The notes: a model not told the origin generated them from the sequence alone. Counted from the stretch's first letter, positions 49,493-57,178 are shown. The stretch: DNA of 64,000 nt from a virus (IMGVR_UViG_3300029305_001878:64001-128000); one strand, 5' to 3'. Made by a program: numbers and translations.

Positions 49493-49708
49493 ATGGAAAA
49501 AATGGTAATGACTGAAACCCTCGCTAATACACTGATGGATGCGCTTGCCTGCGTTGCGCTTTCTGCTACTGGCGGAGTTGATCCCGACAACATCAATGAT
49601 GAACAAGTAGAGTATGCTCAAGAATACGCAAGAAAGACTTTCTGCGAACTGCTCGACGCTTGGGAAGAATCGACTGGCAAAGAATGGGACATTGAAGTAG
49701 AAAATTAA
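49493..49708 (+). CDS. early acidic small protein (71 aa)
   Basis: Promoter TTGACA ~49432 / TATAAT, AGAGAAAGGAAA RBS, TAA and a terminator (gcgagggg…ccctcgc plus T-run). Confidence 0.5.
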   Translation: MEKMVMTETLANTLMDALACVALSATGGVDPDNINDEQVEYAQEYARKTFCELLDAWEESTGKEWDIEVEN

Positions 49709-49799
49709 GCGAGGGGAAACCCTCGCTTCTTTTTTTCTAAATTAAAAAATTACCTATTGACAAATTTATAAAAATATGATATAATATATATATAAAAAA

Positions 49800-49900
49800 T
49801 AAAAAATTTATTTTACTTTAGCGATTTAATTGACTAAAGTAAAAATAAAAAATTTATTTTGAAATTTTATTTACTTTAGCGATTTAATTGACTAAAGTGC
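49800..49900. repeat. 60-bp direct repeat x2, each containing the palindrome ACTTTAGCGATTTAATTGACTAAAGT
   Basis: Copies at about 49812-49840 and 49871-49898. A hairpin cggctcgct…agcgagccg follows at 49903-49945. Confidence 0.55.
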
Positions 49901-50129
49901 GGCGGCTCGCTACCGGGCGCCCTTTCCCTGCAGCGAGCCGAGTTTCACAAAGCAGGGCATTCACACTTTAAATCGTTGAAGTAGGCACTTTCACACATTA
50001 AAGCGCTAATTCCCAAAACTCCCCCAAATTTTTGTGCATTTTGACGAAAACTATTTTTTCAAAATCGGTTGACAAATCCGCATTTATCGAGTAAAATAAG
50101 GTATAACCTAAATCAAGGAGGTCACTACA

Positions 50130-50315
50130 ATGACTACTCTGTTAACTGCTGATTTTGATACCTACACTGCTATTGAAGGTTATGTATTCGATCTTCTGGC
50201 AGACGAAGAAACTGAAGTTGTTCTCTCTGAAATTCAGACTTTTGCTGCTGACCTCGGTGTAGCCTTTACTGAATGGGATTTGACTTCCTTGATGATGGAT
50301 TTTGAAGAAATTTAA
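50130..50315 (+). CDS. early acidic small protein (61 aa)
   Basis: Promoter TTGACA ~50069, CAAGGAGG RBS and TAA. Confidence 0.5.
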   Translation: MTTLLTADFDTYTAIEGYVFDLLADEETEVVLSEIQTFAADLGVAFTEWDLTSLMMDFEEI

Positions 50316-50332
50316 TTTTGGGGGTAATAATT

Positions 50333-50524
50333 ATGTATAAGTACTATTTCCACATTATTGATAACGAATTCAATTCTGAATACGACTATGAGGGTTATTT
50401 TGATAACCACGAAGAAGTCGAACCTTTCATTCAAGATAATGAAAAGGTTGGTAATATTATTACCATTATTTCTCCCTATTATGAATATGTAGACAAGGCA
50501 GATTGCCCGTCTTGTTATCTTTAA
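50333..50524 (+). CDS. early small protein (63 aa, C-terminal CPSC)
   Basis: GGGGG RBS and ATG 50333. The ORF track begins at an upstream TTG. TAA stop. Confidence 0.45.
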   Translation: MYKYYFHIIDNEFNSEYDYEGYFDNHEEVEPFIQDNEKVGNIITIISPYYEYVDKADCPSCYL

Positions 50525-50532
50525 TTTCTCTT

Positions 50533-50575
50533 TTCGTCAAAATGCACAAAAATTTTATTTGTGCATTTTGACGAA
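50533..50575. repeat. perfect ~40-bp palindrome TTCGTCAAAATGCACAAA-N-TTTGTGCATTTTGACGAA
   Basis: Seen directly. Belongs to an 18-mer family also found at ~50028, 50940, 50975, 51018 (inverted), 55285 and 55322. Confidence 0.6.
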
Positions 50576-50599
50576 AATTGGGCCGGCCGGAGACGAACG

Positions 50600-51045
50600 C
50601 GCAGAGGTAGTTGTAGGCCGAACTTTCACACGCTAAAGCGTTAGCGAATTAAAGCGTGAAAGCGGCACTTCATCGATGTAAAGCGCTAAATCCCGAAAGC
50701 GCACTTCATTTGACTAAATCGCTAAAGTGATTGTTTATTTAACTTTTCACTTTTCTTTATTTGACTAAAGCGCTAAATCGGTAAAGTGATTGTTTGTTTA
50801 ACTTTTCACTTTTATTCATTTGACTAAAGCGCTAAAGTCCGAAAGTGCCCAAGGGCCCCGGAACTTTCACGAATTAAAGTGCTACAGAATTAAATCGCTA
50901 AAGTGGCACTTCATTACGCTAAAGCGCTAATTCCCTAAAGTTTTGTGCATTTTGACGAATTTATTTGACTAAATCGCTAAATTTGTGCAATTTGACGAAT
51001 TCATTTGACTAAAGTATTAAATTCGTCAAATTGCACAAACTTTTC
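50600..51045. repeat. ~450-bp non-coding repeat field (TTGACTAAAG/CGCTAAAG units, a direct repeat TTAACTTTTCACTTTT(C/A)TTTATTTGACTAAAGCGCTAAA x2, three TTTGTGCA(A/T)TTTGACGAA copies)
   Basis: No ORF with an RBS. Shares its core with the 46298-46485 repeats. Confidence 0.55.
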
Positions 51046-51113
51046 AAAATCGCTTGCAATTCGTAAAATATGTAGTATAATAGTACCATAAGATAAAGAA
51101 AGGAATTGATACT

Positions 51114-51590
51114 ATGAAGAACTTGCCGAAGATGATTTGTTTCGATATGGATGGAACGATTGCCGACCTGTACTCTGTCAGTGGATGGCTTGAGGACTTG
51201 AGAGCGGAAAACCCTAGACCCTACCTTGAAGCCACCCCAATGTGCGATATGTGCGCACTGCGTGAAGTGTTGGAGCAGTTCCGCCAGATGGGAACAGAAA
51301 TTCGTATCATCACTTGGCTGTCTATGAACAGCACCGAAGAATACAAGGAAGCAGTACGAACCGCAAAGTTGGCTTGGCTTAACAAGTGGAATTTCCTGTT
51401 TGACAATTTCCACGGCGTGCAGTATGGAGCAACAAAGGCAGACAGTATTCGCAAGTATTTGTCCGATGGTGAAACTGCTATTTTGATTGACGATAACGCA
51501 AAGGTAAGAAGCGGTTGGCATATGGGCGAAGCAGTAAACCCGATCGAAACTGATATCGTTGCTTTCCTGCGTGGACTTTTGGAAGATTAA
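51114..51590 (+). CDS. HAD-superfamily phosphatase / 5'-nucleotidase-like protein
   Basis: Motif I FDMDGTIADL (DxDGT) and motif IV ILIDDNAK. Promoter TTGCAA-N-TATAAT ~51048-51078. Conserved translation-initiation region GAAAGGAATTGATACTATG. Confidence 0.6.
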   Translation: MKNLPKMICFDMDGTIADLYSVSGWLEDLRAENPRPYLEATPMCDMCALREVLEQFRQMGTEIRIITWLSMNSTEEYKEAVRTAKLAWLNKWNFLFDNFHGVQYGATKADSIRKYLSDGETAILIDDNAKVRSGWHMGEAVNPIETDIVAFLRGLLED

Positions 51591-51710
51591 AAAAAATCTT
51601 CCAAAATTCCGTTGAAGTGGTTGACAAGCGGCGGATTATGTGATATCATATAAGAGCAATCAAGAGCGATGGCAAACTTGATTGACATTATAAAAAGGAT
51701 CTGATAATTT

Positions 51711-52463
51711 ATGAACATTGACCGCAGAAAGCACTATCTTTTGTGCGTGGACACCGAAGCTGCAAATTGCATCCAAGAGGGATGGAAAATTAGCAAGAAC
51801 TCGCTTCCATATGACATTGGTTTTGCAGTGATGGATACACACGGGATGATTTATGACAAGTTTTCCTATGTCAATTCTGATGTGTTCTATGGTATGCCCG
51901 AACTGATGGAAAGCGCATACTATGCGAAGAAGTTGCCCCGATACCGTGAAGAAATCGCTTGCGGTTTGCGGACTGTGGCTGATACTTGGACAATTCGCAG
52001 AAAGATGCTTGAAGTCTGCGAAACATACGGAATTAAAGAGGTCGTAGCGCATAACGCAAGTTTTGACTATGACACACTAAATAACATTGTTCGATATCTG
52101 ACTGGTTCTAAAGTTCGGTATTGGTTTCCGTTTGGGACTGTCGAATGGTGGGACAGTATGAAAATGGCACAATCGGTTATTTGTAAAATGCCGATGTACA
52201 AAGAACACTGCAAAGATGTACTCGGACTGAGCAGAGCAAGCGCAAAAGCGGAAAATCTTTACAGATGGATTATTCAAAATCCCGATTTCACAGAAGCGCA
52301 TACAGGACTTGAGGATGTTCTCATTGAAAGTCAAATCGTTGCATACTGTTACAGACAGCACAAGACAATGAACAAGCGACTTTTTGCGAATGATTTTCCC
52401 GAAGCAACGGACTTCCAAATTGCGCTGATGCGCTCCATCAAAGACCACCCGATGCTTTACTGA
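51711..52463 (+). CDS. DEDDh (DnaQ/RNase T-like) 3'-5' exonuclease
   Basis: Exo I LLCVDTEA, Exo II VVAHNASFDYDTL and Exo III HTGLEDVLIESQI. Two upstream TTGACA promoters (51632, 51693). TGA plus terminator (ggggagaaaaaaatctccccc). Confidence 0.65.
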   Translation: MNIDRRKHYLLCVDTEAANCIQEGWKISKNSLPYDIGFAVMDTHGMIYDKFSYVNSDVFYGMPELMESAYYAKKLPRYREEIACGLRTVADTWTIRRKMLEVCETYGIKEVVAHNASFDYDTLNNIVRYLTGSKVRYWFPFGTVEWWDSMKMAQSVICKMPMYKEHCKDVLGLSRASAKAENLYRWIIQNPDFTEAHTGLEDVLIESQIVAYCYRQHKTMNKRLFANDFPEATDFQIALMRSIKDHPMLY

Positions 52464-52617
52464 TCGAAATATGGGGAGAAAAAAATCTCCCCCAATTTCA
52501 AAAATATTTCTTGACTTTTGAAAGTCTATCGCTTATAATAGTTAGTGTAAGGGATAACCCCTCACAAAATAAATCAAAGACAGGTTCAAGTCTTAAAAAC
52601 CGAAAGGAATTGATACT

Positions 52618-53037
52618 ATGAAAAAGTTCACTAAGAGAGAAAGCCTGACTGCCATTTCCAATGTCCTGAATGAACTGCTTGTCGCAGAGGGCAACACGGT
52701 TCTCGCCAATGTCAAGGACAAGGAATACACCGTACAGGATGCATTGGAATTTTGTTCCAACGAAATCAGCCTGTTGGACAAGAAGAACGGCACGGTAAAG
52801 AAGCCGACCGACAAGCAGATGCAGAACGAAAACTACAAGGAAGCAATTCTGCGTTATCTGCGAGAGGTTGCCCCGGAACACAAGGCAATCGCCGAAATTT
52901 GGGATAGCGTGGAAATGCTCGCAAGTAATCCCGATATGACCGGTCAGAGAATTTCCGCTCTGATTACACAGTTGAAGAACGAGAACAAGATTGTTCGAGT
53001 TGAGGAAAAGCGGAAAGCCTATTTCAAGGCAGTATAA
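52618..53037 (+). CDS. winged-helix DNA-binding protein, paralog A (139 aa)
   Basis: C-terminal ~70 aa (…YLREVAPEHKAIAEIWD…PDMTGQRISALITQLKNENKIVRVEEKRKAYFKA) are near-identical to 54407..54817, including at the DNA level. Promoter ~52510 contains the palindrome GACTTTTGAAAGTC. Conserved translation-initiation region. Confidence 0.55.
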   Translation: MKKFTKRESLTAISNVLNELLVAEGNTVLANVKDKEYTVQDALEFCSNEISLLDKKNGTVKKPTDKQMQNENYKEAILRYLREVAPEHKAIAEIWDSVEMLASNPDMTGQRISALITQLKNENKIVRVEEKRKAYFKAV

Positions 53038-53140
53038 TTTGAAGCGGTGGGGATTGAAAAAATCCCCACCGACCCCTTGACAGCAACGGAAATATTTGCT
53101 ATAATTAAGGGGCAAGATAACTAAAGGAGATGAAAACCGA

Positions 53141-53500
53141 ATGACAAACGAACAGAAAAAGCGTTTGGAGTTTACAATGAAAACTCTGAATATGACCGAA
53201 GCCGAAGTGCTTGCAATGTGGGAAGAGGACAAAGCAATCGACAAGGGCGAAAAACTTTATGAACTTGACCCCGAACTGGAAGCAGGAGCGAAAAAGGCTC
53301 GGCAGGCTGATCGCAAGAAGAACAGCGAACCTACCAAGAGAGAGCGCAAAGAGGACACCGACAAAACGGAAATCCTAAATGCTCTAATGGATAGCGTAAG
53401 TTCCAAAGCGGAGAAAATCGAAAAGACCAAAAGCGGCGAATTTGAATTTGTTTTCAATGGTCGCAAATTCAAGGTCGTACTTTCTGCCCCTCGCAAGTGA
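53141..53500 (+). CDS. early basic/acidic hypothetical protein (119 aa)
   Basis: Promoter TTGACA ~53075 / TATAAT, AAAGGAGATG RBS and TGA. Confidence 0.5.
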   Translation: MTNEQKKRLEFTMKTLNMTEAEVLAMWEEDKAIDKGEKLYELDPELEAGAKKARQADRKKNSEPTKRERKEDTDKTEILNALMDSVSSKAEKIEKTKSGEFEFVFNGRKFKVVLSAPRK

Positions 53501-53529
53501 GGGGCAGAAAAGAAAGTGAGGTAAAAAAA

Positions 53530-53715
53530 ATGACAAGGGAAATGCTAGAAATTGAATACCAGACTGCTTGGGAAACAATGCAGGAAGCAGAGCGAAATTA
53601 TAAAATGGCTCGCGCAAACTTTCACGATGTTGCAGGATTGCTAATGGAAAAGTTGATGCTTGAAAATGTGGATGTGCTTGCGCGATTGCGCGAAGCAGAC
53701 ACCCCTACGATTTAA
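53530..53715 (+). CDS. early small coiled-coil protein (61 aa)
   Basis: GTGAGG RBS and ATG 53530. TAA, followed by the bidirectional terminator gtgtgcgcggctggcgcacac. Confidence 0.45.
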   Translation: MTREMLEIEYQTAWETMQEAERNYKMARANFHDVAGLLMEKLMLENVDVLARLREADTPTI

Positions 53716-53760
53716 CCAATTAAAGTGTGCGCGGCTGGCGCACACTTTATTTTATTAAAG

Positions 53761-53816
53761 TTATCGATATACTTTTATCGATATATTTCATTTTTATCGA
53801 TATATTTTTATCGATA
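53761..53816. repeat. four iterons of the palindromic 9-mer TTATCGATA at 15-18-bp spacing
   Basis: Copies at 53761, 53775, 53794 and 53808. Flanked by two hairpins and the motif TTTAGTCAAATGAAG. Confidence 0.6.
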
Positions 53817-53835
53817 ACTTTAACGCTTTAGTCAA

Positions 53836-53915
53836 ATGAAGCGCCGGGCGCTGACGTACGATGCTCCCACGTCAGCGCCGGAATTTCCATTATACCACAC
53901 CGCCAGCATTTTGTC
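53836..53915 (-). promoter_or_regulatory. leftward promoter (TTGACA-N17-TATAAT on the minus strand) firing through a 12-bp-stem hairpin and the iteron array
   Basis: Revcomp of 53880-53912 is gcTTGACAaaatgctggcggtgtggTATAATgg. Hairpin cgggcgctgacgt…acgtcagcgccgg at 53840-53880. No minus-strand ORF downstream. Confidence 0.4.
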
Positions 53916-53923
53916 AAGCAAAA

Positions 53924-54035
53924 AGTTGCACAAAAATAAATAAATTATTTATCCCGAAATTGTGCAACTTTTTCTGCAAAAGTTACAAATTGTAATTGAC
54001 TTCCTATGAGGTCGGTGTTATAATGTTAGTGTCAA
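53924..54035 (+). promoter_or_regulatory. 13-bp-arm palindrome AAAAGTTGCACAA-N25-TTGTGCAACTTTT plus GTTACAAATTGTAA palindrome overlapping promoter TTGACT-N17-TATAAT
   Basis: An almost identical copy of the whole unit lies at 55452-55535. Confidence 0.55.
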
Positions 54036-54150
54036 GGGGAGATACCTCTGAGCCACATCTATGGTGTGGGGCTACGGTTGGAAGTAGCAATAGACCTTGG
54101 TGCTCATAAAATTGCAATAGATGAGTTGCATAGGAACGCACGAGGATGTG
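54036..54150 (+). ncRNA. candidate small non-coding transcript 1 (promoter-proximal, conserved 5' GTTAGTGTCAAGGGGA leader)
   Basis: A consensus promoter immediately upstream and a second full promoter (TTGACA 54165) downstream. No RBS-led ORF. Contains the hairpin gtgaaaaaattttcac. Confidence 0.25.
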
Positions 54151-54195
54151 AAAAAATTTTCACAGAAACCCCTTGACAAACTCCACCAAGTGTGG

Positions 54196-54310
54196 TACAA
54201 TAAAGGTGTCAAGGGGAATGAGAGACTATCGTCCCCAGTTACAAGGGAGACCACAGGGGATTACATCGGCCGAGTAAGTGGTGTTGCTTGAAAAGAAATT
54301 TGAGAAAATT
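54196..54310 (+). ncRNA. candidate small non-coding transcript 2 (5' GGTGTCAAGGGGAATG)
   Basis: Lies between promoter TTGACA 54165 / TACAAT and promoter TTGACA 54325 / TATAAT. No RBS-led ORF. Contains the hairpin ggggaatgagagactatcgtcccc. Confidence 0.25.
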
Positions 54311-54406
54311 TCTGAAAACCCCTTGACAAATCACCAAGTCTATGATATAATATCAATGTAATCAAGGGAAGGAAAACCCTTAAAAAACCAGAAAGGAATT
54401 GATACT

Positions 54407-54817
54407 ATGGCTAACAAGATGGTAAAGAGAGATTATTTCACTGCTCTGCGTGGCTTCATCGAAGCCCATCCCGAAGTGCATTTCGGCACTGATAAGCATC
54501 CCGACATCCCTATCGGTGATATGCTTGCGTTCGTGGATAACGAACTGACCCTGCTTGCTTCCAAGTCTGGGGCAATCAAGAAGCCCACTGAAAAGCAGAC
54601 TCAGAATGAGGTTTACAAGACCGCTATTCTGCAGTATCTGCGCGAAGTGGCTCCCGAGCATAAGTCCATCGCTGAAATTTGGGATGGCGTGGAAGCCCTT
54701 TCCACTAACCCCGATATGACGGGTCAGAGAATTTCCGCTCTGATTACGCAGTTGAAGAATGACAATCTGATTGTCAGAATCGAAGAGAAGCGCAAGGCTT
54801 ACTTTAAGGCTGCGTAA
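54407..54817 (+). CDS. winged-helix DNA-binding protein, paralog B (136 aa)
   Basis: Same C-terminal domain as 52618..53037. Conserved translation-initiation region GAAAGGAATTGATACTATG. TAA plus terminator (ggggggctaagccccccg). Confidence 0.55.
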   Translation: MANKMVKRDYFTALRGFIEAHPEVHFGTDKHPDIPIGDMLAFVDNELTLLASKSGAIKKPTEKQTQNEVYKTAILQYLREVAPEHKSIAEIWDGVEALSTNPDMTGQRISALITQLKNDNLIVRIEEKRKAYFKAA

Positions 54818-54872
54818 ATGGGCTAACGCCCATTCGGAAATCGGGGGGCTAAGCCCCCCGAAACTTTAATCA

Positions 54873-55289
54873 ATGAAAGGACAAGAAATGTTAACAACTG
54901 AAAAAATTAAAGCCATGGACAAAAAGGCTCAAGAAAAAGGCAAGGAATTTTTTTATTGGGGCTTTTACATTGATTATCTCGGCAATATTATTTGGAAGCC
55001 CGGCACAGCTGCAATTCTGTGGAGACGCAAGAAACAACATGACCGAGATTATTTGAAACCCACGTGTAACCACCGCATGATGGACGGCACAGAATTCCAT
55101 TATTTGTGGGCTATTCCTTTGGCAAAATGGACAACCCGCAAAGTCGAAGAATCTACAATCAACAGACTGAAAGCCGAAAATTTTGGCGAATACATTCTGA
55201 ATGACCGTTTTGTTGATGTAAATCACGCTGAAAGCGTTGATATTATCGTCCGCAAAACCTATACAATTCCCCTTTGTTGTGCAATTTGA
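54873..55289 (+). CDS. early hypothetical protein (133-138 aa)
   Basis: AAAGGACAAGAAATG: the second ATG, at 54888, is the better start. TGA stop. Confidence 0.45.
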   Translation: MKGQEMLTTEKIKAMDKKAQEKGKEFFYWGFYIDYLGNIIWKPGTAAILWRRKKQHDRDYLKPTCNHRMMDGTEFHYLWAIPLAKWTTRKVEESTINRLKAENFGEYILNDRFVDVNHAESVDIIVRKTYTIPLCCAI

Positions 55290-55336
55290 CGAATCCGCCC
55301 CGTAGAAAATGGGGCGGATTTTTTGTGCATTTTGCC

Positions 55337-55440
55337 TATTGACAAATCCAAGCAGATGTGGTATAATGGCCGGCCCTCCACGTGCGCTCGGGCCGGTTTT
55401 TCCATTATACCACGCCTCCCGCATTTTTGTCAAGCGTTTT
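55337..55440. promoter_or_regulatory. face-to-face consensus promoters sharing a GC hairpin (plus: TTGACA-N17-TATAAT 55340-55368; minus: revcomp of 55400-55432)
   Basis: The ggccggccc…gggccgg hairpin plus T5 sits between the two convergent -10 boxes. The minus copy matches the 53880-53912 promoter. Confidence 0.45.
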
Positions 55441-55451
55441 TATAAAAAAAG

Positions 55452-55535
55452 TTGCACAAAATAAAATCCCGAATTTGTGCAACTTTTTCTTGAAAAGTTA
55501 CAATTTGTAATTGACTTCTATGGCTTCTGGATGTA
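55452..55535 (+). promoter_or_regulatory. second copy of the TTGTGCAAC palindrome plus promoter cassette
   Basis: aaaaagttgcacaaa…aatttgtgcaactttt, then gttacaatttgtaattgactt…TATAAT. Confidence 0.5.
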
Positions 55536-55575
55536 TAATGTTAATGTAATCAAAAGAGAGTTCTAGAGGATACCA

Positions 55576-55833
55576 ATGAAAATAATGTCGTTTTGGGTTG
55601 AAAGGGTGGTAAAAATGAAAGAAAAGTTGATCAGACTGTGGGAACGCAAAGAGCGCTACATCATCAATGAATTTTTATTGGAAAACCGCAAAATACTCTT
55701 TTCTCAGGCTTTTGGTGCTTTGGAGTTCGCTATGGAAATGCTTGATAACTGGGATGAAGAGTCCAAACTTATCGATCTGTGGGAAAATGAATGGAAAGCA
55801 AGACTGGAGGATAAAATCTATGAAGTGCGTTGA
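55576..55833 (+). CDS. early hypothetical protein (72-85 aa)
   Basis: Two candidate ATGs (55576, 55615). TGA stop. Confidence 0.4.
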   Translation: MKIMSFWVERVVKMKEKLIRLWERKERYIINEFLLENRKILFSQAFGALEFAMEMLDNWDEESKLIDLWENEWKARLEDKIYEVR

Positions 55834-55945
55834 TTGTGTAATGAGTTGGATAGACCCCGGCGAAGAATACCCCACTTGTCACGCAGACCCTAACTGGCCT
55901 GCACCTTGTGAATATGACGATTATGAAGAAGAGAGGGAATATTAA
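55820..55945 (+). CDS. small Cys-rich zinc-ribbon-like protein (41 aa)
   Basis: GGAGGA RBS and ATG 55820. MKCVDCV…PTCH…PCEY. Confidence 0.35.
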   Translation: MKCVDCVMSWIDPGEEYPTCHADPNWPAPCEYDDYEEEREY

Positions 55946-55946
55946 G

Positions 55947-56105
55947 ATGGAAATTAAATGTCCTTATTGCGGAAGTAAAGAGTACGAATGTTATGATAGA
56001 GTCGGTGATGGAACAATGCAGCCTGAAGACTTATGCGTTTGTGAGGCGTGTGATAAAGAATTTTCCATAGTCTATGCGGTTGACTATATCAAGAAAGAGA
56101 GTTGA
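55947..56105 (+). CDS. small zinc-ribbon protein (52 aa; CPYC…CEAC)
   Basis: AGAGGGAA RBS and ATG 55947. TGA inside a terminator (gagagtt…aactctc). Confidence 0.45.
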   Translation: MEIKCPYCGSKEYECYDRVGDGTMQPEDLCVCEACDKEFSIVYAVDYIKKES

Positions 56106-56172
56106 AAAAACTCTCTTTTTTTTATGCAAATTGACTATTGACAAATTGCGGCGACCTGTGGTATAATAAAGA

Positions 56173-56335
56173 GATAGGGCTTGCCTTCGGCGGGTCGGCC
56201 GCGGCAGCAAGGACCCGAATTCCCGATCGGGTAACCATATGCAAATTTTTCTGTGCATCAAGCGATATATGCCTTTATTCCCGTGCATCCCGAAACCTTA
56301 ATCTACTTAATGGGCGTTTTACGCCCATTAAAGAA
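56173..56335 (+). ncRNA. candidate GC-rich structured sRNA (~160 nt) with its own extended -10 promoter and terminator
   Basis: Promoter TTGACA 56140 / TGgTATAAT. Stems gccTTCGgc, ggccgcggc and cccgatcggg. Ends at aatgggcg…cgcccatt. The only internal ATG ORF is 20 aa and lacks an RBS. The listed ORF 56138..56347 starts at the TTG of the -35 box. Confidence 0.3.
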
Positions 56336-56346
56336 ATCCACACTTG

Positions 56347-56540
56347 ACTTTTTTTAAAAAATATGATATAATATTAAAAAAAACCTAAATTTTTGCCGCT
56401 TTTCCGCCCTTTTTGCCTAATCCAGAAGCAGAAAACTTGACTTTTCTTAAAAAATATGATATAATTATAAAAAAAACCTAAAAATTTCGCGCAAAAACGC
56501 ACTTTTCTTGACAAAATTAAAAAAAAATGGTATAATATTT
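56347..56540 (+). promoter_or_regulatory. three tandem near-consensus promoters upstream of gene 56575
   Basis: TTGACT-N17-TATAAT at ~56347 and ~56437. TTGACA-N-TGgTATAAT at ~56508. Confidence 0.5.
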
Positions 56541-56574
56541 ATAGAAAATAAGAAAAAAATGGAGGATTTATTAA

Positions 56575-56954
56575 TGTTTAACTATGAAGATATCCTGGCT
56601 ATGATGCAGAATGGTGCTAGTGCAGAAGATGTAGCAAAGGAATTCACCGATTCTCTGAATCAGGCTATTAAGGTCCAGGAGGCAGAGAAGGAAAAGATTG
56701 CGGCCAAGGCTGCGGTGACCGCTGACGCGCAGAAGGTGGCTGACGCATTCAACGAGTTTACTGCCAAGCACTATGCCGACGTTGCGTCCGGTGCGAAGAT
56801 TACTGCTGAAGATGTTCTTACTATTTATGATTTGGTATCTAGTCTTAATATTAATTTTAATAAGTTAAAGAACGGCGTTGCTGTTACTTATCATAAAATG
56901 GACGATGCAGTAGATGAAATTATCGAAAAATTCTTCGATAAGTATGGTCTGTGA
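56575..56954 (+). CDS. early hypothetical protein (126 aa)
   Basis: GGAGGA RBS, ATG 56575 and TGA. Twin strong hairpins follow. Confidence 0.5.
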
Positions 56955-56987
56955 TATTATACTCATCTCTTATATAGAAGTATTAAA

Positions 56988-57178
56988 ATAACCTACCTCC
57001 TAGTTAGCCCAGTTATGAGGACAGGAGGTAGGACGGAGACGGAAAATTTTATAGTGGGTAGGTGTCCCGATCGGGGCCACACCTACCCACTCATTTTTTT
57101 TATTTATTCACTCATTTTTTTTATTTATTCACTCATTTTTTTTATTTATCTACTTATTTCTTTTTATTTATTTTATAT
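56988..57178. terminator. twin GC hairpins (bidirectional terminator) followed by three 22-bp tandem repeats ACTCATTTTTTTTATTTATTC
   Basis: acctacctcct…aggaggtagg and gggtaggtgtcccgatcggggccacacctaccc. The repeats lie at 57095-57178. Confidence 0.5.

Noticed and set aside
46260-51045. CRISPR array
   Set aside because: The repeat units are AT-rich, of variable length and direct-abutting or irregularly spaced, without uniform unique spacers. No cas genes are present.
51009-53244. Minus-strand ORFs 51009..51521, 51221..51454, 51660..52052, 52077..52448, 52498..53244 and 52593..52814
   Set aside because: They are antisense shadows of well-supported plus-strand genes (HAD, exonuclease, wHTH), each of which has a promoter, RBS and terminator. 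The shadow peptides are Leu/Phe/Ser-rich nonsense.
56138-56347. 69-aa ORF starting at 56138
   Set aside because: It likewise starts at the TTG of a -35 box. The region is better explained as a structured non-coding RNA.
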